Shown: positions 9,911 to 21,349, counted from the whole stretch's first letter. The stretch: DNA of 63,122 bases, filler included, from Octopus bimaculoides (GCF_001194135.2; 5 parts of 4 records of this genome joined end to end with filler, not necessarily neighbours in it), one strand, 5' to 3'. The notes: generated by a model not told the origin, from the letters alone. Numbers and translations are program-made.

Positions 9911-10082
9911 GGGAGAATATACAAATAATAACAGACGAGGACAGGTGGTGTAAATAACAAAAGGATATATTAGTATGACGCTCGGGAATACGGAAAGTCT
10001 TTGACGTTTCGAGCTACGCTCTTCAACAGAAAGAATACGGAGACAAGGAGAAAAACACGGAGAAAAAAAATTGAATAGTGTA
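9911..10082 (-). mobile_element. pLTR-like repeat (family C) with hammerhead, ending at (AT)n
   Basis: Homologous to 56664-56905. Its terminus (gggagaat..aacaga.gagga) matches the terminus of the PLE fragment at 8500-8565. Confidence 0.75.
9998..10034 (-). ncRNA. Type-I hammerhead motif, A6U core variant
   Basis: Minus strand: TCTTT CTGTTGA A GAGC-GTA-GCTC GAA ACGT C / AAAGA; perfect stems I and II and a GUC triplet. Confidence 0.7.
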
Positions 10083-10254
10083 CGTGTGTGTGTGTGTATG
10101 TGTATGTGTGTGAGTGTGTGTGTGCGTTTGCCTGTACGTATGTTTCTTTTTAGTGGGAGCTAGTATAAAATGATGCATGTATGCGTTTGTATGTATGTGG
10201 ATAACGTGTCTATGTATTTATGCATATAAATTTCTGTAAGTAAATATTTTTAAA

Positions 10255-10680
10255 AACAGATTTACATTTAGATTAATGAAACTTATTTACCATTAATTAA
10301 TTAATTTACTCCGGTCATGTATGTTTTCTTTTTAAACTAAAAACTTCTTTCTGATTTAAAGTTTTCTTCGATTTTATACAACACGATATTTATGCCTTTT
10401 AATTTTAATTTTAATTTTATTTTATTATTATCGCCTCTTTTTAAAAACACCGTTAGTTGAAACGACCAATCAAAATCAAATGTGTATTTGTCTATGTGAA
10501 TTGCATCATAATATATATTATACGTATAACAAATTCTTGTTCCATTCTAGATCATAACTGCCCGACAAACGGGAACGTGAAACTCTGAGCAGCAGGATTT
10601 TCTGATATTTTTGTGATGTCTTTGCAGCTTTAATAACAAAGCATATTACTCTACCTCCGGTATTCGAGTACTATTTTTTC
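10255..10680 (+). mobile_element. pLTR-like repeat family B, second copy
   Basis: Homologous to 4929-5340 in opposite orientation; its 3' end abuts (CA)n. Confidence 0.75.
10556..10596 (+). ncRNA. Hammerhead motif of family B (degenerate)
   Basis: AACTGC CCGACAA ACG-GGAA-CGT GAA ACTC-T-GAGC A / GCAGG. Stem I shows a compensatory change relative to 4963-5004. Confidence 0.6.
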
Positions 10681-10780
10681 CCACCTTGTTTCACATTCAT
10701 GTGATTACTCTGGTACACACACACGCGCACACATGCATGCATATACACACACACATACATGCATACACACACACACACAC

Positions 10781-10822
<42 letters not shown>

Positions 10823-11389
10823 NNNNNNNNNNNNNNNNNNNNNNNNNNNNNNNNNNNNNNNNNNNNNNNNNNNNNNNNNNNNNNNNNNNNNNNNNNNNNN
10901 NNNNNNNNNNNNNNNNNNNNNNNNNNNNNNNNNNNNNNNNNNNNNNNNNNNNNNNNNNNNNNNNNNNNNNNNNNNNNNNNNNNNNNNNNNNNNNNNNNNN
11001 NNNNNNNNNNNNNNNNNNNNNNNNNNNNNNNNNNNNNNNNNNNNNNNNNNNNNNNNNNNNNNNNNNNNNNNNNNNNNNNNNNNNNNNNNNACACAGAGGA
11101 TATATTAACCTCATAAAGGGATGATAACATCCAAGAAAACACTGGTTCAGTACTAAGCATATTAATTGTGCTTATTAAATAAATTACAAATTTATGGTTT
11201 GAATGTGATATTGTTTATACCTTATAAATGCAAATTTAAACCATAAATTTGTTATTTATCTTATATGCACACAATTGAAACAGCTGCATGAAGTATGAAG
11301 TATCATTTTATTAATAAATAATTATTAACTTTCAACTCTCCATTTTCTTCTTTTTTTTTTCAATTAAGCGAATATGGATCATATATATA

Positions 11390-11482
11390 CAGGGTGATTC
11401 AAACGTCGCTTTTTTATTATTTAACTGTTTCTTATAAAAAAAATTATTTTTTCCTGTGTATGGTCACTTTTGAATCACCCTG
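11390..11482. mobile_element. 93-bp Tc1/mariner-type MITE
   Basis: Perfect 14-bp TIRs CAGGGTGATTCAAA (11390-11403) and TTTGAATCACCCTG (11469-11482), flanked by TA at 11388-11389 and 11483-11484. Confidence 0.88.
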
Positions 11483-11541
11483 TATATATATATATATTTA
11501 TATTTATATATGTAAGTGAGCGCGCGCGTGTGCTTATAATA

Positions 11542-11623
11542 AATGAGGCAAACGGAAAATGGATTTAGCAAGAATCTTGTTGAATAAACATTCTTGCTAA
11601 ATCCATTTTCCGTTTCCCTCATT
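11542..11623. repeat. 34-bp inverted repeat with a 14-nt spacer
   Basis: 11542-11575 vs 11590-11623, 33/34 complementary. Confidence 0.95.
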
Positions 11624-11759
11624 CATTTTAAGCTCAACGAATACTGCAGAATTCCTGACGAAGATCCAGTGACAATAATATGGTACCTGTGGATGATATG
11701 AGGTAGCCTAGACGGTGAAATTGGTTTAATCAGCATACTACTAGACATATCTAAATAAC

Positions 11760-12105
11760 AGGAGTGGCAGTGCGGTAAGTAGCTTGCTTACCAACCACAT
11801 GGTTCTGGGTTCAGTCCCACTGCGTGGCACCTTGGGAAAGTGTCTTCAACTGTTAACCTCGGGCCAACCAAGACATTGTGAGTGGATTTGGTAGACGGAA
11901 ACTGAAAGAATGTGTGTGTATATGTTTGTGCGTCTCTCCCCCCACCATCGCTTGACAACCGATGTTGGTGTGTGTAAGACAGGAGAGTGTAAGTAAAGGA
12001 GGTTTACAAAGAATAAGTCCTAGGGTCGATCTGTTCGACTAAAGGCGTTGCTCTAGCATGGCCCCAGTCAAATGACTGAAACAAGTAAAAAAATAAAAGA
12101 AAAGA
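11760..12105 (+). mobile_element. tRNA-derived SINE family K (CORE-like middle)
   Basis: ggagtggc.gtg.ggtaag head, ggttcagtccc B-box-like motif, gcaccttggg.aagtgtctt block, internal microsatellite, and 3' gactgaaacaagtaaaag. Confidence 0.88.
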
Positions 12106-12124
12106 ACATAAGTCCAAATGAGTA

Positions 12125-12170
<46 letters not shown>

Positions 12171-13026
12171 TCAGTTATGTGTGATGACCGGTTTCGTGAA
12201 ACTTGAAATAAAACTTTGTGAAGTTTTTAACTTTACTAATACACACACGCGCGCGCTCGTACATACATTTATGTATGCATGCATGCATGTATGTATTTAT
12301 GTGTGTATGTATGTATGTATGTATGTATGTATGTATGTATGTATGTATGTATGTATGTATGGGGTGGGGGAGGCCTAGAAATGTATTTTAAAAAATGATA
12401 TTCTCAGGTTCCGAATGGGATTTATGAATAGAGAAAGAAATGAAAGAGTTACATAATTTCACTTTTGAAATAATTTATATAATATTTCAAATTCTTTGTT
12501 TGACATCATTAGGTTTAGATGAAATATACAGCAATTTGGTTTAATTTCCACTGAATTATTGTGCTTTAGCAGGTGAGACAGCAGCATTCATATTTCTCTG
12601 GTCCACTCCTTCGCCACATAAGTGACCACCAGCTGTAAAAAAGATTACATTAAAATTATTTCATTTAATAAACTCACACTATCTAGCAGGTCGTTAATTT
12701 CATTATACTTGCATTTATAATGTAACTGTACTATGAGGTGAATCTATATATCAGAGTAGTACATGTTTTCGCCTCAACTGGGCAAGTATTAATAAATGCC
12801 GATACATAATCTCCCTGGAAAGAGTGAACACTTATCAAGAGTCACGCATATATCTCTAACCTTTCCGCAGAGACCATGTCAACAAAGCCACACAATTAGA
12901 GGTTTCACAAAGTTTGAATAGATATTCTTGATGGTATAAATACAATATTAAAAACACTGCTTACCTTATCGATAATTAAGTGAACTAGTTGCTAGTAATA
13001 TGCTATGATGTGTGTGTGCGTTTCCA

Positions 13027-13068
<42 letters not shown>

Positions 13069-14068
13069 TATGTATATATATANNNNNNNNNNNNNNNNNN
13101 NNNNNNNNNNNNNNNNNNNNNNNNNNNNNNNNNNNNNNNNNNNNNNNNNNNNNNNNNNNNNNNNNNNNNNNNNNNNNNNNNNNNNNNNNNNNNNNNNNNN
13201 NNNNNNNNNNNNNNNNNNNNNNNNNNNNNNNNNNNNNTGTGTGTAGTGAATTTTGCAGGCATGAAGTGGATTCGATCCACTATACCCAAATTTAAATTAA
13301 CACTGCGTCAGAACTTTTCCCACGGTGGAACAATGGTTGTGATCTGACAGCAGTTTAATATTTTCCAGATGCCTTTGGCTGGGCCGGAACAATGTTTTCA
13401 CCATTTGACCCTTTCTAACCTCTTCTACTCCATCAAAATCTAGAATAGAGATAACAAGACCACCAGCTAAATCCATTGTTCTCAGTAATATATCTATCCT
13501 TCTAGATAGCTATAAAAACAGGAGACCCCAAGCCAAACAGTCAGTAGTCACTTGGGGATACAGAGCGAAGTAACTAGTGACAACTCAATTAGTTAGGGAA
13601 CAGTCATCTACAGATATAGTCACAAGCAGGCAGCCACCTAAAGACAAAACGACCAAAGGGAGATAGAAGTTTACAACCAGCCAACTATGAGACACAACTT
13701 CCCTCGACTCTATAGCTATCACTAGCTCGCATCCTTTTCTCGGTAACATTACCCTATCTTTATCTATATATACTACTATGAGAAAGTGTGCATACATATA
13801 CAGGCCGAAATCAACTTTTTTTACCTTGCATGCTTTACGTACAAACTGTTATACTATTACACTAACCTACCCGTCGTGGTATGGCATTTATTAGAGTAAC
13901 GGTAAATAAATATTTCTATAAAAATTTCGATCACTCTTCATCGTTCATCTTATAACCTGTTACAATTGGTAAATAATACTTATCGTTACATATATATATA
14001 TACATATATATTGGACATATGGTATTATTCCGGTGGTTTTCCACCCTTATGTACCTATTTTTACTATA

Positions 14069-14103
<35 letters not shown>

Positions 14104-14384
14104 NNNNNNNNNNNNNNNNNNNNNNNNNNNNNNNNNNNNNNNNNNNNTTAATTAATTAANNNNNNNNNNNNNNNNNNNNNNNNNNNNNNNNNNNNNNNNN
14201 NNNAAGTTGCTGATAGCTGTAGTAACTGGAAGGTTTCAGCAAACACAAACACACACACACATATTAACATATATTAACAGTTGAAACGCTGAAAAAAATA
14301 AATCCACACATAAAAATGTAAGTATATATATGAAATCAAAAGTCACTATCTATCTATCTATCTATCTATCTACCTATCTACCTC

Positions 14385-14444
<60 letters not shown>

Positions 14445-15199
14445 AATTATTTAAAATTATAATACAGGGTATCAAGGGATACCACCACGCTGTGGAAAAG
14501 CATAGGCTTGAAACGTCTTGAAACCAAAGACGTTCGTTTTTCTTCTAGCGCTGACTTAGGCCGCTCAAGCTGCTCGCAGTTGATCTCCTTTGTTATCGGT
14601 TAGTTACGAGGGTGAAGATCTTCTTTAGCCTGGGCTGCGGTGTTTCTCCTTAATTCTAGCAGCTCGAACAACTGCATAAAGGCTTCCCGTTTGATTAAAA
14701 CGTCTGCGTAGTGTTTCTCCGGTTGGCTCGGTTCCTTGGTCACGTAATCTCTGGCAGCGTTGCCATCGAAGACCAGGGATCAGCAACGAGATTATTTTAT
14801 AAACGTCACAGTTGATGTATCAACGTCGCCCCAAACGATATCTCATCGTCTTTATCTCTACCCCCACCCTACGATACCATCATTTCTTCCACCACCACCA
14901 CCACGCAATCACTCTCACGACCATCTTCGTCATCATCATCGTCATCATCATCATCGTCGTCGTCGTCGTCGTGGTGATCGTCGTTTGTCATCAGTGATAA
15001 TAGTATCATCATCATTGCAGAATGATATAGCTATATGTTTCATTAGCTCTGTTATAAATATTATATTAACAGTTTTGTACAACAATCGACATCGCTGGTT
15101 TATTGTTGACGTCACAGGCAGATACGTCATAATCACAGGTGATACAATATCGTCACGAACGAATATATATGATAGTATCCACACAGCTGATTTATTATT

Positions 15200-15333
<134 letters not shown>

Positions 15334-15525
15334 GGTAGCGAACTGGCAGAATCGTTAGCACGCTGGGCGAAATGCTGAGCGCTATTTCGTCTGCCGCTAC
15401 GTTCTGAGTTCAAATTCAACCGAGGCCGACTTTGCTTTTCATCATCTCAGGGTCGATAAAACAAGTACCAGTTGGAAACTAGAGTCGATGTAGTCGACTC
15501 ATCCTCTCCCCCAAAACTGAAACCA
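15334..15525 (+). mobile_element. SINE family M
   Basis: Full family-M head and middle, directly after (CAT)n. Confidence 0.88.
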
Positions 15526-15526
15526 C

Positions 15527-15576
<50 letters not shown>

Positions 15577-15577
<1 letters not shown>

Positions 15578-15680
15578 GGCAGCGAACTGGCAGAATCATT
15601 AACGCGTCGGACAAAATGCGTTGTGATATTTTTCCGGTTCTTTACATAATGTGTTCAAATTCCGCCGAGTTCCGCATGAC
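15577..15680 (+). mobile_element. SINE family M (5' part)
   Basis: ggcagcgaactggcagaatc...ttcaaattccgccgag directly after (ATT)n. Confidence 0.85.
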
Positions 15681-15694
15681 CTTCCAGGTGGGGC

Positions 15695-15890
15695 CCAGTT
15701 AGAATTTTCTTCAGGTCGAGTAGTCCATCTCGCTCAAAAGGTCCCTGACTAAGGATTGTTTAAGGATGATGAACAAAACGCGAATGTTTCCAAAGATGAA
15801 ATATACAAACTCCAAAGAATTCCTCTTAACACATGGTTATGATGCTCCCCCACTACTTCTGCTCGTGATCAGAGATGCACAAATCTGTGG
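15695..15890 (-). mobile_element. Interspersed repeat, probably a SINE or RTE-type 3' end
   Basis: GC-richer block ...tcgagtagtccatctcgctcaaaaggtccctg...cccccactacttctgctcgtgatcagagatgcac; recognised by style only, single copy here. Confidence 0.45.
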
Positions 15891-16559
15891 TATTGAGCAG
15901 AATATTTGCTGTAGCCTATCTTTTTTACCCAAGACAAAACAATGTACATGATAACTCTTCCAATCAGTTAAATTCCTAAAATATATTGCTAAATTAATTG
16001 TTTATGTATGTGATAGCAGTGTGTGGTTCTGCGTTAAGCTAACCCCTGTAAGAATTAATCAAAGACTTCAAAAGTCTTCAATCTGCTTTCCACCAAACGC
16101 TCAAGGAGTAGAAATTGAGCTTTGTAAAGGCCGAGAGTCTGGTGAAGACTCTGCACCAGTAATGGCAAACCTATGGATCACGTATCAGTAGTAATATGAT
16201 GTGGGTTTCTAGCTGACACGTGATGGACTTCGGAAAAAAAATCACCCTGCAGTATTTAATGGCATTTAAGACGCATGTTTTTTTTACCCCCAAAATGTAT
16301 GGAAACAGCTTCAAGGATCCTATATGCGAAGTTGCACCTCACAAAAGCCTTAATGCATTAAAACCTTTTTATCCTGAATGTGCGATGCTAAAATTGGGTG
16401 GGGGTGGCTAATATATCCGTGCATCTAATATGCCATCAAAAATGGTACATACTTAGTGAGAAATTAATAATTCGAATATTACAGAAATTAAAAATATTGA
16501 CTTAATAGGTTAAAAAGTTTCGCCATATCTGTTAGAAATAACAACCTGATCTCTGTCGA

Positions 16560-16755
16560 ATCAGACCTCCCCTGGAATTGGGAAGAGACGTTTAGTCAAT
16601 TACGTCAACCCCAGTGTTCAACTGCAACTTATTTTCTCGACCCGAAAGAATGAAAGGGAAAGTCGACCTAGGCTGAGTTTCAACTCAGAACATAAAAGAC
16701 GGATGAAATGCCGCCTAGTATTTTGTACAGCGCGTTGACAATTCTGCCGCTCACT
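16560..16755 (-). mobile_element. SINE family M, diverged
   Basis: ccccagtgttcaactg..acttattttctcgacccgaaagaatgaaagggaaagtcgacc...caactcagaac matches the reverse complement of family M. Confidence 0.8.
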
Positions 16756-19700
16756 CTCTACAACGTCGTAAATAATAAAGTGAAAGATACATTCGATAAT
16801 TTAATACTAGGCACCCTTAAAAACTGGGAGGAAAAGGCTGAAATGCCTTTAAATTTAGGTTTGCTTAATCCAGGTGAACCTGGGGCTAAACTACAGTGAC
16901 AGCTGCTTTAGGTTTCACATGAAAGAGTTCAGAATAGGGATGTTAGTTTGGGGAGAATTTCATTGAAAGAGAAATTGAATAAAAGATCTCACAACCAGAA
17001 AATGATTTAATTAAGATCTGATTTTTTATATATATATATTCAAACATACATACATACACATACACACGCACACACAAACACACAAACACACACACGCATA
17101 CACACACACATACACACACTCATATATATATATATGACCGAGTATGTATCTATAATCTATTTCGTCACGCTTGAGAAATGTTATCTATTGTAAAGATCTA
17201 CACTACCCCTTCATTAATATTAAATGCTGTGGAGAACATCTGACTTGCAGAAAGAACATGTGATCAGAACGCAGTACATGTGATCTTGATTGCATCGAAG
17301 CTGAATGAACTCAATTGGGTCAAAAGCACACAATGAGTTTTAACCGCCAAATGACTAGTAAGACCACTCTCCCCACTTCTCTCTCACACATACTCACACG
17401 CGTACACACGCACGCGCAGTATTAGGTCAGCCGGAATCAGAGTTTACTCCTACCCCAGTTTTATTAGACGCTATATTTATATCAATGTCATTCAGCTTGC
17501 AAATTTTCATTGAAATAAGGTGGTAGGGGTAAAACAAATCTCGCATTGTCGAGATATTACTCGTCTTACGTTAGCGAGTGTTTCCTATCAAGGAAGCGAG
17601 CGTTTAGTCTTATTCACGCAACTTCGAGTTAATATGAATCTCGTTAATGCGAAACTTATACCATTCCTTCCACGTATTTGTGTTAATAACAGTTTTGATT
17701 GAGGCAAATTTTCGTCCTCATTAAACATTATAGCTATACAATGATTCCTACTGACTCAATAAATTATAACAATCTGCCACAGGTATTGAGTGCTCCTTCT
17801 TCTATTAGTTACCCGTAACGTGCGTGTGAAAACACATACACACACACACACACACATACACACACACACACACATACACACACATATATCTCAGGCTCAT
17901 AATTTTAAGCTCACTCAATCATCCATTCACACGCACTCACCCCCATTCATACATACATACACACACGCCCCATTCTTACATGCAGTAATGCATTCAGCCG
18001 TCACAAAAAGGGAGGTAAGTGTAAAAGTCCACTTTCGCTATCTTCAGTTCGGTTATTGTGCCTACCCTTACCTATTGTCAGAGATCTTGGGTAATGTCCA
18101 AAAGAATGCAATCGCGAATGCAAGCGACATGAATGGGATCCCACCGAAGGGCTTTTGGAGGAAAATTACTCGATAGAGGACTTAACTCGGGGATCACCGA
18201 GGTAAAAGAGAAGTAAAGTTACCTTCTCATGTCATATCAACTCATAAGGGCCGGTTTCCCGGTGTCATGGCGTATATATTCCCCATTTGGATGGTCTCGC
18301 TTGGAGATCCAGCCGGATCAACTGCAGATGGCTGCTCCTGAAAAGCCCCGATGGAAGGCGTAGTGAGGTCTCTATCCTCACGAGCCTTCCAGGAATAAGT
18401 TTGCGAAGAAATTGATATATATATATATCCTTAATGCGAAACTGTATGTTAAACGGATACTATTATACTTTGGGAGGATCATTTCGCCAATAAATACTCA
18501 CACAGATCTTACTCGTTGTAATTAATTAATAAAAAAATTATTGATTGCTTAGTAAAAAAGATTTCACCATATAAATATGGCCGTCTCAACGCCCTTCTGT
18601 ACTTTTCTTTCGTTTTCTTTCATGTATTTATATGTATTTCAATAAACAGGTGTTTAGTTGTAACTGGAGGTGATGGTACTGTATGTATTAACAGTGGTTA
18701 GTACGTGTCCATGTGAGTGTGTGAATGCTTTTGTATTTTCCTTTTTGATTTTGTACGTACTCGCATTACACACACATACACTCATATATAGCGATATTAC
18801 ATCATGCTATCTATAATGCAATCTGTTAGGTCATAGTCATTGATTCTGCTCGTGAAGTCTTCACTGCTGTCGCAAAAGGATCAATGACTGCAAGCACTTC
18901 TGTGACCTTACAACTTGCATTATTGGCAGCATGGATATAGTGTCCATATATCAATCTACTAATATTGATTTTGTTAAGAATTGTGTGTCGGTGATCTGTG
19001 AGAGTGATGTAGTATATCGCAATAATGATACCGAACGAGGTGGGGTTCTTATAATACTCACATGTCGACAAATAATGACCTAAAATAATTTTGCCTTGCA
19101 AAATCCGAAATAGGTAGAACCTCATTTCCTCATGAACTCCCATGATTTATAAGAAAATGTTGTTGGTGTCCCTCTAAAACCGTCTCTAAAAATGGTCGCT
19201 TATTTAGATTTAATACTATACTGTATATTCCGGAGATGAATGTAATCATCGATGCTAATGTCACGAAAGACGAGACCAAGGTTTTTGGCGTATAGTTGGA
19301 TAGACACCTCAGCGAGTAACTAACGGAGATGTCTATAATTGTAGTAGTGCTGTGTACTCTTGCTATGTGTTTGACACAAACCTTTTGGCTAAAATTCCCC
19401 TGCGAGATGATACTCGGGAACTGGAAGAAAGTGCTGTAAAGAGCAACAGCATATAACAAATTATATCCGCAAAGAGCATCAAGGTAACCTTTGACTACTT
19501 ATTTAAACTTTAACTTGAAAATATAGACAAAGATTAACTCCTCTTCTCGAGTTTTATGAAACCTGTAGTAGTCATTAAGCTGCTCTGTCAGAGAATGTAC
19601 GATTCTGACAGCAAACCAAATAAGGATGCTGAGAAATATATCTTCTGTACGTCATCGCTGAATAAATAATGAATTATTTAGAAGAACAAAGAAAAGGATT

Positions 19701-20320
19701 ATGTACCGTATATCGAAGCAAATCTTGAACGATTTAGAAAGGAAATCAAAAAATAGTTAGACAGACTAGATATATAAACAGCAAAATGAAGTGTAATATT
19801 TATCAATGATAACCATCGTTAGTCCACAGAACTAGAAAAGCCCTATATGAAACAAAGCTTAAAATCGAAGTAAAGAACAACAGGTAAACCAATTCAGCTA
19901 CTAATTAGTAGGTCATACTCATTTGAGAAAAATAACCTATTCTAGAGCATCTGTAGAGTATACAACCACCCTTAATGTAAACTGCAAAACAAGGTCGTAG
20001 GGTACCGGAAAAAGTGCTTAGATGAAGGGTAAGAACATAGCAACAATATTGGTGAAACGGTCTGTATCATAGACGCAAGAATCGGGGACGTAGGCAAGAA
20101 TTCAATTTAAAAAGACAAAAATCTAGTGTCTGCAAACATAAATACAACGGTAGAATACGCAATGTCGAAATAAAAAATCTTTCTGTATATTCGAAACATC
20201 TAACGCATAAATAACATAACTCACTGTAGCAGGGCACATCCTAGAAGCAGAATCGGTACTTATGAATATAGCAACATCCGCCCCACAAAGCAACCACATC
20301 CTTTTCATATCCAGTGTTAA

Positions 20321-20378
20321 CTACCACAACAACAATGCAAGGATGATGATTGAGATCAGATCGGAAGTCGATGTAAAA
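20321..20378 (-). CDS. Candidate last coding exon (GPI-signal-like hydrophobic C-terminus)
   Basis: Acceptor ttgcccacag|; in phase 2 it reads (S)FTSTSDLISIIILALLLW*. Linkage to the EGF exons is inferred, not shown. Confidence 0.35.
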
Positions 20379-20660
20379 CTGTGGGCAACATACATGCACG
20401 CACGCACGAATGCATACACACGCGCTCGCGCACGCACACACAGATGCTTACATTTGTGTGCGTGTGTGTGTTTGCGCATAGATATGTATGTGCGTATGAG
20501 TGCTTAAAAAAGCAAGAAGAAAAGCGAAAATGTAAGCACACACATACACGTACACACACACATACATACACACACACACACATGTACACCTAAATTCTTA
20601 CACATGAATAGATATTTTAAAGAAACCAAGCATTAAAAAAGAAAGCCAGTTACCGTAAGT

Positions 20661-20990
20661 CATATGCCCGTGGGCATATGGCGTAGTGGTTAAGAGTGCT
20701 GGCTACTAACCCCAAGATTCCGAGTTCCATTCCAGGCAGTGACCTGAATAATAATAATAATAATAATAATCATAATGATAACAACAATACTACTACTACT
20801 ACTAATAATAATAATAACATCGAAAAATACCTTAGGAATGAGAACCCAGGTTCGAAATTTCCCCTAGACACCTGATGAAGGCTGGAGGGTACATCAGCCG
20901 AAACGTTGTGTTAACAACAAACATGATGGGGACAAATATCCTTGAAATGTTAATAATGTACATAATTCCTCAACTCTTAAATATAGAACT
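20661..20990 (+). mobile_element. Family H tRNA-headed hammerhead SINE-like element, full length with 5' palindrome
   Basis: CATATGCCC-GT-GGGCATATG (20661-20680), A box TGGCGTAGTGG (20679-20689), B-box-like GAGTTCCATTCC (20722-20733), (AAT/ACT)n, hammerhead, and 3' end AAATATAGAACT with no poly(A) or tandem tail. Confidence 0.92.
20867..20912 (+). ncRNA. Type-I hammerhead ribozyme (best-preserved copy)
   Basis: GACAC CTGATGA A GGCTG-GAGGGTACAT-CAGCC GAA ACGT T / GTGTT. Stem I GACAC:GUGUU; self-complementary AACGUU stem III (dimer type); predicted cleavage at 20907/20908. Confidence 0.88.
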
Positions 20991-21182
20991 ATGCATTTAT
21001 TTATGTATGTATGCATATATGTATGTATATATATGAAAATGCAGATAAAGAGATAGAGGAGAGAAGGAGAGAGAGAGAAAGAGAGAAAGGATACTTGCTT
21101 TGTGTCTACAGACACACGAGGCTGGAGACTTTTCGGGTTTTAAAGCTTTTTTTTTTTTTGAGGACCGTAATTAAGAAAGTAC

Positions 21183-21302
21183 CTCTGAATGGGTCGATAT
21201 TCCGGCGCAAAGTTAACCTCCAGCTGCCGCGAGTCGTAATTTTCAATTGAGTGAACAAGGACAAAACGTTGCCCAGTCCGAAAATATCTGCTACCTTCGG
21301 CA
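21183..21302 (-). CDS. Candidate internal coding exon (120 nt, phase 2-2)
   Basis: Open frame AEGSRYFRTGQRFVLVHSIENYDSRQLEVNFAPEYRPIQ between aacctag| and |gtactt; CpG-rich unique sequence; weak acceptor. Confidence 0.3.
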
Positions 21303-21349
21303 CTAGGTTATGCGTCTCTTTAGAGGAAATATAGCGCTGCTAATTTTGA

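Noticed and set aside
14104-14203. TTAATTAATTAA recurring inside N-runs (also ~37846, ~49845, ~60325)
   Set aside because: It is always 44 N + 12 nt + 44 N = 100 bp: an artificial six-frame-stop contig spacer, not biology.
16157-16176. hAT-like terminal sequence CAGTAATGGCAAACCTATGG
   Set aside because: No matching second TIR or TSD was found in the window; not enough to call an element.
18650-18696. Plus-strand micro-exon reading CLVVTGGDGTVCINS (GGDG kinase-like motif)
   Set aside because: It has a plausible acceptor but a weak donor, no supporting kinase exons, and runs into a stop after four codons if joined to the next acceptor.
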